Below are positions 54,877-64,000 of a stretch of DNA of 64,000 nt, piece after piece. Made by a program: the position numbers and the translations under genes. Numbering within the stretch: the first letter of the stretch is position 1; every line of letters starts with the position of its first letter. The DNA is from Eledone cirrhosa. Lineage: Eukaryota. A model generated the notes under the pieces. The model made no database searches, had not been told where the DNA came from, and saw nothing but the letters and a program-made list of their open reading frames with translations. The DNA lies in the NCBI GenBank assembly GCA_964016885.1, contig OZ024742.1:25172001-25236000 (forward strand). Reading direction: 5' to 3'.

Positions 54877-55591
54877 ATTTATTAATGCATGGACAGTTAT
54901 ATGACCTCCTTTTCAGCCAAGAGACATACCGATACATATGCAAATATTGTGGGTCAACATTCATTACAGAATTTAGAGTGGCAGTACACACTTCGAGATT
55001 ACATTCATATTAAGAGGTACAATCAAAAATCAAAAATACAGGTTAAAATACAGCATGAAGATAGGCGGTTATATAGTGTAAATGTTATATATGTGGCAAG
55101 CATGTGCGTCTTGTTTATATAGTGTGGCAGAGAGATATGTGTGGTAGAGGCACTTAGGTAGGTAAACAAGAGTGTTAGGTTGGTGGATCTGGTGGCAAAA
55201 TCTTTACATGATTGATATAGTCTGTGTGTGGAGAAATGTTATAAGCATTAAATCAATCATATAAAGAATTTGCCACCAGATCCACCAACCTAACACTCTT
55301 GTTTACCTACCTAAGTGCCTCTACCACACATATCTCTCTGCCACACTATATAAACAAGACGCACATGCTTGCCACACATATAACATTTGCACTATATAAC
55401 CGCTTATCTTCATGTTGTATTTTAACCTGTATTTTTGATTTTTGATTGTACCTCTTAATATGAATGTAATCTCGAAGTGTGTACTGCCACTCTAAATTCT
55501 GTAATGAATGTTGACCCACAATATTTGCATATGTATCGGTATGTCTCTTGGCTGAAAAGGAGGTCATATAACTGTCCATGCATTAATAAAT

Positions 55592-55638
55592 TGCTCCGAA
55601 GAATCCAAACCTCGGTTTGGAGGAAACAGCTGTAAGCA
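55592..55638 (+). ncRNA. Hammerhead with a U4C core
   Basis: UGCU CCGAAGA a-UCCAAAC-CUCG-GUUUGGA-g GAAAC AGCU GUA AGCA; palindromic loop III. Confidence 0.78.
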
Positions 55639-55692
55639 CAATAATGTTTTGAACAGTTCTTTGATTCTTATATTTCATATATATATATATAT

Positions 55693-55970
55693 ATTTAATT
55701 AGAAAGTGAACAACACAGAATATAACTACTCCATTACAAAGGTTTCTGGACACAGACAATAATAATATACGTCTCGATCAATCGTCAGACAGAGATGCTA
55801 TCTTCTCTGTCTGACGACCGATCCAGACATATATTATTATTGTCTGGGATCCAGAAACTTTTGGTAATGGAGTAATGATGTTTTGTGTTGTTCACTTTCT
55901 AATTAAATAGCTCTGTTCTATACACAGAGCACTCTTTTACCCTTTGCTTTTCCTTCGGAATTACCTAACA
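55693..55970. mobile_element. Older fold-back insert with diverged arms and a right-hand tail
   Basis: Arms ~55693-55795 and ~55804-55909; (TA)n flanks. Confidence 0.8.
55805..55872 (+). ncRNA. Type I hammerhead (mirror copy at 55729-55794 on the minus strand)
   Basis: Stem I CUCUGU/AUGGAG; CUGACGA; stem II containing CCAGACA/UGUCUGG; GAAAC-UUUUG-GUA. Confidence 0.72.
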
Positions 55971-56544
55971 TATATATATATATATATATATCAGATTTCA
56001 AATATGAGGAAATTATTGACAAAAATATACTTATTTTTCTAATGTCTATTTTTCCATGCTTGCATGGGTTAGACAAATCAGGTCAGGTGACTATGTCTTG
56101 CTCGTATGCTACTGTGTTGAACAAATACTGCCTGGTAATTTGATCCTTCTCTTTATGTTCTGATTTCAAATCTTGCTGAAGTCAACCTGGCCTTTAATCC
56201 CTCTGAGGTCAATAAGATTAAAAAAAGCCCTAATCAAGTACAGGAGTCAATTTAATCAACTGTTTCCTTCTCTGAAATTACTGACATTGTGCCAACATTT
56301 TGAAACAGTTATTGACTTTATAAGATAGGAACAAAAATTTAACTGCAGAAGGATATGAATTTAAGCTTAACCCTTTAGCATTCACATTACTCTATATATA
56401 CTGAACAATACCTTAACATCACTATGAGCTGCCAGTTATGGCCGGTTTGAACAGAAAGAGGTGAGAGAATTCTGGCTGGATATGGCCAGTTTAAATACTA
56501 AAGGGTTAAGTTGGATAGTGGTCTTAACACTCAAAATAGACTAA

Positions 56545-57020
56545 GGTCACATGGCCTAGTGGTAAGTGTGTTGGACTTGCAATCATAACATCATGGGTTT
56601 CATTCCTGAATTTGGTTGTGTTTTGTGTTCTTGAACAAAATACTTCATTTCACATTGCTCAAGTATACTCAGCTGCAAATACGAGGGTAGGCTGTAAAGT
56701 TCATCGGATTAATATGAAGGAATGATGCTAGAACTATGAAATCTTGTATACATTAATTTCAACTCTTCTTATTAATAAATGCATTGTTACTTTCTAGGGA
56801 CTATGTTGAAAAGTAAACCCCACTTGGGCATTCTATGAGTGTATCTTGGTCAGCCTATGAAATTTTAAGCTGAACCTTGTAAATACCAGCAATAGCTGGG
56901 GGTTTACCCCTGCGATGGAATAGTGTCCTGTCCAGCAAAGATTCTTGTACTCTTAGTTGCATCATGCCAAAAATCTTGGATAATCATAGGTCTGTTCAGC
57001 CTCTGAACTTGAGACAGACT
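56545..57020 (+). mobile_element. tRNA-derived SINE interrupted by a MITE
   Basis: Colinear with the SINE at 49245-49520 on both sides of 56680-56881. Confidence 0.7.
56680..56881. mobile_element. Mariner-type MITE with TA target-site duplication
   Basis: TA-CGAGGGTAGGCTGTAAAGTTCAT ... ATGAAATTTTAAGCTGAACCTTG-TA. Confidence 0.8.
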
Positions 57021-57819
57021 TTAGAATTATGTCTATGGGATAACCTTCAAATCACTTTGATTGATCGACAAGATCCCACAACTCATTCACTTGCTGAGTG
57101 TGGTGAACCTCATCAAATCAGACCAAGGTCTTTCCATTTCTGATACTATCTACCAGTCACAACTCCTGGCAGAAATAAAGTGTCTGCTCAAAGACACAAT
57201 CCATCACCCGGTTCGAGAATTGAACTCACAACCTTACGATTGTGTATCCAACTCACTAACCACTCACCACAGTTCTGTATCTCAGACCTGGAAGCAGTTT
57301 CAGTTGGTTTGATATCAAATGGTTAATGAGATTGAAACAAGGACTTTGATTTGAATATTTATTAGGTCAGAGACTGAAAACAATATGATATCAATATTGT
57401 TTGACCTCAATATAATATAGAATCATTTGTTAAATATATAGAAAGGTATAACATTTCAGTATTTATTAGGCTAGAGAGAGAAAATTGAATCACGGCAAGA
57501 TTCATAAATAATTTTCTAGTTATTCTCTAGTAATTGAGACCAATGGAAATGAGAGAGCAGTTGTTGGGGGAGTTTATGATATGAAGGTGATGTTCTGTGT
57601 TTGTGAATTGTTAAAAGGTAAAGGTGTAGAGCTAGGGAGGGGTTAGTGACTGCTGGCTGGTGTCAATGGTGTTAGTGTGAAAATCAAGATATGTTGATGT
57701 TGTCTGCCGACAGAATGTGTATAAAACAGAAGAGAGGACCAATAAACTAATAAAGATTCAAATTTATTATGTGTAATGAAATAATTATTGTAAATGCTGC
57801 ATTTGTTACACTAATAAAG

Positions 57820-58140
57820 ATTGGGTAGGTGGAGGAAGAGGGCAGTAGGAGTGAGGAGGAGGAGGGTCAAAAGGTGAAGTTGAAAGGAAGGAGGGTAGGA
57901 AAGAAGAGTCAGAAGATGAGATGAAAAAAAAGAAAGTGAAGGAAGAGGAGAAAAACAGTTGAGGTATGAGGATGTTAGAGGAAAAACGAAAGAAGAAGAT
58001 AATATAAATGGGAAAATAAAGGTGAAGAAAGAAAAAGGCATAAAAAAGAGAGAAGGAGGAGAAGAAGAAAGGAGAGAATAGCAAGAAGAGGAGGAGAGAG
58101 TATAAAAATGATGTGATGTCAAGGAAGTAAAGAGGAGGAA
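57820..58140. repeat. Polypurine (G/A) tract
   Basis: Visible directly. Confidence 0.8.
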
Positions 58141-58182
58141 ATTGGTACCAAATTATAAACAAAATATATGGTAAAGTCACAA

Positions 58183-59655
58183 GAAAAAACACCTAGTCCA
58201 CACTGTAATGTGGTCATGTAGGTGTCATGTCAAAAAACACCCATTCCACACTGTAATGTGGTCATGCAGGTGTCATGACAAAAAACACCCAGTCCACACT
58301 GTAAAGTGGTCATGTTGGTGTCATGACAAAAAGCACCCATTCCACACTGTAAAGTGGTCATGTAGGTGTCATGACAAAAAGCACCCATTCCACACTGTAA
58401 AGTGGTCATGGAGGTGTCATGACAAAAAGCACCCATTCCATACTGTAAAGTGGTCATGTTGGTGTCATGACAAAAAGCACCCAGTCCACACTGTAAAGTG
58501 GTCATGGAGGTGTCATGACAAAAAGCACCCATTCCACATTGTAATGTGGTCATGTAGGTGTCATGACAAAAAGCACCCAGTCCACACTGTAAAGTGGTCA
58601 TGTTGGTGTCATGACAAAAAACACCCAGTCCACACTGTAAAGTGGTCATGTAGGTGTCATGACAAAAAGCACCCATTCCACACTGTAATGTGGTCATGTA
58701 GGTGTCATGACAAAAAGCACCCATTCCATACTGTAAAGTGGTCATGTTGGTGTCATGACAAAAAGCACCCAGTCCACACTGTAAAGTGGTCATGGAGGTG
58801 TCATGACAAAAAGCACCCATTCCACATTGTAATGTGGTCATGTAGGTGTCATGACAAAAAGCACCCAGTCCACACTGTAATGTGGTCATGTAGGTGTCAT
58901 GACAAAAAGCACCCATTCCACACTGTAATGTGGTCATGTAGGTGTCATGATAAAAAGTACCCAGTCCACACTGTAAAGTGGTCATGCAGGTGTCATGACA
59001 AAAAACACCCAGTCCACACAGTCAAGTGGTCATGTTAGTGTCATGACAAAAAACACCCAGTCCACACTGTAAAGTGGTCATGCAGGTGTCATGACAAAAA
59101 GTACCCACTCCACACTGTAATCTGGTCATGTAGGTGTCATGACAAAAAGCCCCCATTCCACACTGTAATGTGATGTGGTCATGTTGGTGTCATGACAAAA
59201 AGCACCCATTCCACACTGTAATGTGGTCATGTTGGTGTCATGACAAAAAACACCCAGTCCACACTGTAGTGTGGTCATGTAGGTGTCATGACAAAAAGCA
59301 CCCATTCCACACTGTAAAGTGGTCATGTAGGTATCATGACAAAAAGCACCCATTCCTCACTGTAAAGTGGTCATGTAGGTGTCATGACAAAAAGCACCCA
59401 TTCCTATATGTAATGTGGTCATGTAGGTGTCATGACAAAAAGCACCCATTTCACACTGTAATGTGGTCATGTTGGTGTCATGACAAAAAGCACCCAGTCC
59501 ACACTGTAAAGTGGTCATGCAGGTGTCATGACAAAAGTACCCATTCCACACTGTAATGTGGTCATGTAGGTGTCATGACAAAAAGCACCCATTCCACACT
59601 GTAATGTGGTCATGTAGGTGTCATGACAAAAAACACCCAGTCCACACTGTAAATG
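58183..59655 (+). repeat. 48 bp minisatellite (~30 copies) expanded from the RTE/SINE 3' UTR subrepeat
   Basis: Unit CACACTGTAAAGTGGTCATGTAGGTGTCATGACAAAAAGCACCCATTC; followed by an RTE 3' terminus to ~59800. Confidence 0.95.
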
Positions 59656-59949
59656 TGTTGGCATCAGGAAGAGCATCCAGTGGTAGAAACCAAGCCAGAA
59701 ACAATTCTGTATGAGTGAGACACCTGTTACCTGACCTGACTTCCCTCAAATGGGACCACCCATCTAACCCATGCTAGCATGGAAAGTGATGATGATGATT
59801 ATATACATATATAGATATATATATATACACACACACAGACACATTTATGTGTGTGTGTGTGTGTATAGAATCAACCATGAGCTCACCAGCTTCAGCTAGT
59901 TATGACAGACTATCATAAATATACATAGATATACATACATATATATATA

Positions 59950-60645
59950 GTTTAGCGAGGTTTTTTATATGAAATCGTGTGTCGAAACAAATATTGTTAT
60001 ACTTGGGGAGGGTCATATTTTTGTAATATTGCCAGAATTAATAACAGAACACACTCACTGTTTGGTTAATAAAATAAGATAAATAAAATAAAATAAAATA
60101 AAATAAAATGAAATGAAATGAAATGAAATGAAATGAAATGAAATGAAATGAAATGAAATAAATACATACACAAGCGCAATAACAACAAGCACATAAACAC
60201 ACACTAGTCACCCAGCAGACACAACACTATACACACTAGTCACACAGCAAACATAACGCTATACACACACGCAAACGCATGCGCAAAGAAGACAAAATAA
60301 AATAAACAAACAAGCAAATAAATAAATAAATATATAGACAGACTGAATAAAAAATGGCGTAGACATACAACACAACAGGAGGAAAAAATATAACACCACT
60401 GACGATGTTGCAGATGTGCAACGAAAGATTTATGTAAATTATGTAAACTATATATATGTGTTTGTGTCTATATTGTATCTGTATTATTTTTTGACCGTCG
60501 GTCAGTCAATGGCAACATTGAGGACCGATTAAGTTCGTTCGCAGATATAAAAGACAGCGAGAAGCGAAAACCAACCAAACAGTGAGTGTGTTCTGTTATT
60601 AATTCTGGCAATATTACAAAAATATGACCCTCCCCAAGTATAACC
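59950..60645. mobile_element. (TA)-flanked element with 72 bp perfect inverted repeats and an asymmetric left extension
   Basis: 59996-60067 vs 60573-60644; the interior holds (AAAAT)n/(GAAAT)n tracts; class unresolved. Confidence 0.7.
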
Positions 60646-60789
60646 ATATATATATATATGTAAAAGTTCTATTTAAATTGTTGGGATACAACAACCAAAT
60701 ATTTTTATAACTGATATAAAGCACTCAACCCATAATTGGAGTAAAAATACGATATTAAGAAATGGAAACTATATTTATAAAACCATATT

Positions 60790-60854
60790 TATTTCATTAT
60801 ACAAATTTCAAGGACACCAAGTTAAATTAAGGTGTGCTTTCATCAGATAAAATA
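60790..60854 (-). ncRNA. Type I hammerhead ribozyme (mirror copy)
   Basis: Reverse complement of 61013-61077 with a loop III variant (UUGU). Confidence 0.82.
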
Positions 60855-61012
60855 TAATATAGATCAGTTTTATAAATAAATATTGACATACCCTTAAAGA
60901 ATGCAACCATTACTGTTGGAAGCTCCTGGATAGCTATCTGGGAGCTTCCAACAGTAATGGTTGCATTCTTTAAGGGTATGTCAATATTTATTTATAAAAC
61001 TGATCTATATTA

Positions 61013-61077
61013 TATTTTATCTGATGAAAGCACACCTTAATTTAACTTGGTGTCCTTGAAATATGTATAATGAAATA
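61013..61077 (+). ncRNA. Type I hammerhead ribozyme
   Basis: Stem I UAUUUUAU/AUGAAAUA; CUGAUGA; stem II AAG-c-ACACC(12 nt)GGUGU-c-CUU; GAAAU-AUGU-AUA. Confidence 0.85.
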
Positions 61078-61195
61078 GATATGGTTTTATAAATATAGAT
61101 TCCATTTGTTAATATCGTATTTATATATACACACACAGCTTTTTGAATAAAGGAATTTTAAATATCTACATCGAACTTTGCAATTATCCTCATTG

Positions 61196-61236
<41 letters not shown>

Positions 61237-61746
61237 TACAATATTTCTCAGTGAATCTTATCATCTATAGACTTTCTTTTTATGATGAACTTGAAAGTCT
61301 ACCCTCCCTCCCGTCCCCACCATAAAACAACAACAACTATTACAACTACACAGACAACGAAAACTACAAAATGTCAATACCTTAAGGTTTTCTTTTCAGA
61401 TTCGCCATAAATCTAGGATGTTGAGCTTAAATAATAATCAGAAAACTAATACTAGAAATAGAAAGAAAAAATAGAACTATTACATCAAAATATTACTAAT
61501 AATAAGTGAGATTTACTGTGTAAAACAGCGTTATTAATATTCACAATACGTTAATTAGATGGAAGAAATTAATGCCTTAAGCTATCTAAGAATATGTTAT
61601 GTTTAATAAATAAATGTCATCAGGAGGGAATATTTTCTCATCTAATACTTTTGTAATTATTTCCTTCTATATTTGCACTTAAGTATTTTTGTGATTTGCA
61701 TAATAGTCTTTAGATTCCCTGCTATATATGTATATATGTATGTATA

Positions 61747-61824
<78 letters not shown>

Positions 61825-61826
61825 GG

Positions 61827-61857
<31 letters not shown>

Positions 61858-61982
61858 GGAGAGAGGGAGAGCTACATATATATGTATGTGTATATATATC
61901 TATGTATGTAAGCATTGACATATCTGCATGCATTTATGCATATATATAAATACATATATATATTTATTTATTCATATAAACA

Positions 61983-62060
<78 letters not shown>

Positions 62061-62063
<3 letters not shown>

Positions 62064-63862
62064 TCATCATCATCATCATCATCATCAACGTTTAACGTCC
62101 GTGTTCCACGCTTGCATGGGTTTGGACGGGGGTAGTCCCACTTGAGGCAAGAGTGATTGTCTTGCTCGCATAGGACTGTCTGGCAGGTTTTCTACAGCTG
62201 GATGCCCTTCCTAACACCAACCACATTTACAGTGTGGGTCTGGGAGGTTTTTACCGTGTTGCCTACACGGCCACATTACAGCGTGGACTGTGTGTTTTTT
62301 TGTCGTGACACCTACACGATCTCATTTGTTTCGGCCTGGATGGCGCGGCACCAACATAACTTTACATAGAACGGGGTGGGGTGGGGGTGGTGGGACGGGG
62401 TGTATTTTGTTAGAGATGCCTACTGGCTGTAGTAGGTTTTACTATGTATTTAGGTAAGGCGGGTCTTCTCTGTTACTGAGTACCGCCAAAGGTCTCAGTC
62501 CAGTGACATTGTCTTGGAGAGGTGTAAGTGTGTGAGGTCGGAGTTTATCAGCTCGTCCAAGGTTTTTCTAGGTCTGCCTATTCCGTGGCTACTGTCTATC
62601 TTTATTGCCCTGCACTTTGTTATACAGCTATCGACTTTGATGCGCATCACGTGTCCATACCAACGTAGCCTTCTCTCGAGTAAACAACATCTGATCCCTC
62701 TTATTTCTAATTTTTTTCTTAGTTCGTTTATGCTTTGCCGTTCACGTATATTACTGTTACACATCCAGCGGAGCATGCAAGCTTCGTTCCTCTCTAGTCT
62801 GCGTATATCCTCTGCACACAATGCCCAGGTCTTACTGCCGTGCAACATTGCTGTTTGTATGCAGGCATCGTACAACCTGCCTTTAATTTTTAGGGAGAAC
62901 CCTTTAGCAGCTAATAGTGGTATAAGCTCTCTGAACTTTTTCCAACCAGTTCTGACTCTAGCTACTGTACTTTCAGAGCACCCTCCCCCACTGCTGATTT
63001 TATCGCCCAGGTAACGGAAGCTGTCCACTATTTCTATAGAACCCTCTGCGCAATTGAAAGAGCTAGTATTTTGTGGGCACTTGCTGCTACTTATTGCACC
63101 AGAGCACCGGCCACATGTAAAATCTATGTTCTTAGTTAGCTTACCTGTGATCCCACTACATCTTTTATGCACCCATACTTTGCATTTAGGACATAAAATG
63201 GAGTTTCTACCTACGCCTTTCCTACACACTGAGCATGACCATTTCCCAGAAGGGACCGCCGCCTTATTTTCTTTCCTACAAACTAGAACTTTAGTCTTAG
63301 CCAGGTTAATTTTAAGTCCTTTTGATTCTAGGCCGTGCTTCCATGTTTGGAATTTCTTCTCTAGCTCGGCCATTGATTCAGCTATGAGTGTCAGGTCGTC
63401 TGCGTATAGGAGTTCCCATGGGCAGCCGGTCTTGAACTCCTCTGTTATAGCCTGAAGGGTAATAATAAATAGTAGGGGGCTGAGAACAGAGCCCTGATGG
63501 ACGCCAACTTTTACGCTAAACTCTTCACTATATTCGTTGTTATTTCTAACCTTGCTGACTGTTTCTTTATACATGGCTTGTATAGCTCTCACAAGCCATT
63601 CGTCAACACCTAGTTTTCTAAGAGCCCACCAGATAATGGATGCGGGGGACTCTGTCGAAGGCTTTCTCCAAGTCGACAAAAGCTAAGTAGAGGGGTTTAC
63701 CTTTAGCTAGGTACTTCTCCTGTAGTTGTCGTACAATGAAAAGAGCGTCTGTGGTACTTTTGCCTGACACAAACCCGAACAGCATTTCATCTAGGTCAAT
63801 TCTCTCTCTGATCAGCTGCGCTATTACTTTTTCCGTGACCTTCATGACCTGGTCGATTAATT
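62061..63862 (-). mobile_element. 5'-truncated RTE-clade LINE with a frameshift near 63640
   Basis: ORFs 63618-63923 (FGF, FVDLEKAFDRV) and 62495-63679 (QGSVLSPLLF, YADD, Cys-rich insert, RRLRWYGHVMR); 3' UTR and (CAT)n. Confidence 0.96.
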
Positions 63863-63864
63863 TA

Positions 63865-63896
<32 letters not shown>

Positions 63897-64000
63897 AACG
63901 GAAAAAATGAAACGATATTTCATTTCCCACTCTTAGTACGGCTGTTACTTAAATATAAGTATGTACACGTACATACATATATGTATACCGACGTACAGTA

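Larger units (their letters stand above)
54622..55680. mobile_element. Fold-back PLE-like insert: ~165 bp tail plus ~430 bp inverted arms
   Basis: Arms ~54788-55218 and ~55250-55680 (mirror ORFs 54889-55122 and 55346-55579); the tail shares TAGCTCAATGTAA with the Naiad-like terminus at ~16326. Confidence 0.85.
60660..61122. mobile_element. Fold-back PLE-like insert: ~85 bp tail plus ~190 bp arms
   Basis: Centre GATAGCTATC at 60929-60938; arms ~60745-60933 and 60934-61122. Confidence 0.85.

Noticed and set aside
54889-55579. Two near-identical 77 aa ORFs on opposite strands
   Set aside because: Consequence of the inverted repeat; no recognisable domain
58208-59556. His/Cys-rich repetitive protein ORFs
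   Set aside because: Frame-preserving 48 bp minisatellite derived from the RTE 3' UTR

Overview
Eukaryotic, AT-rich, repeat-saturated non-genic DNA; no host gene could be identified with confidence. The repeat inventory resembles a coleoid cephalopod such as Octopus (inference). It contains 5'-truncated RTE-clade LINEs, CR1/L2-like and mariner remnants, tRNA-derived SINEs, MITEs, four large minisatellites (52, 61, 30 and 48 bp units; two arose inside LINE 3' ends) and many (TA)n tracts. The main signal is a set of sequence-divergent inserts in (TA)n tracts. Most are fold-back (inverted-repeat) structures, and at least nine distinct sequence types carry type I hammerhead ribozyme motifs (seven essentially complete, two partial; folded by eye). 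Some motifs have non-canonical cores (U4A, U4C, U3-A8), and most are followed by a shared RCUC...GAGY hairpin. Two of these hammerhead types are physically linked to Penelope-like (Naiad-like) ORF fragments, so the inserts are probably pseudo-LTR-derived Penelope-like element (PLE) insertions that target (TA)n. Most ORF-track entries are simple-repeat artefacts.
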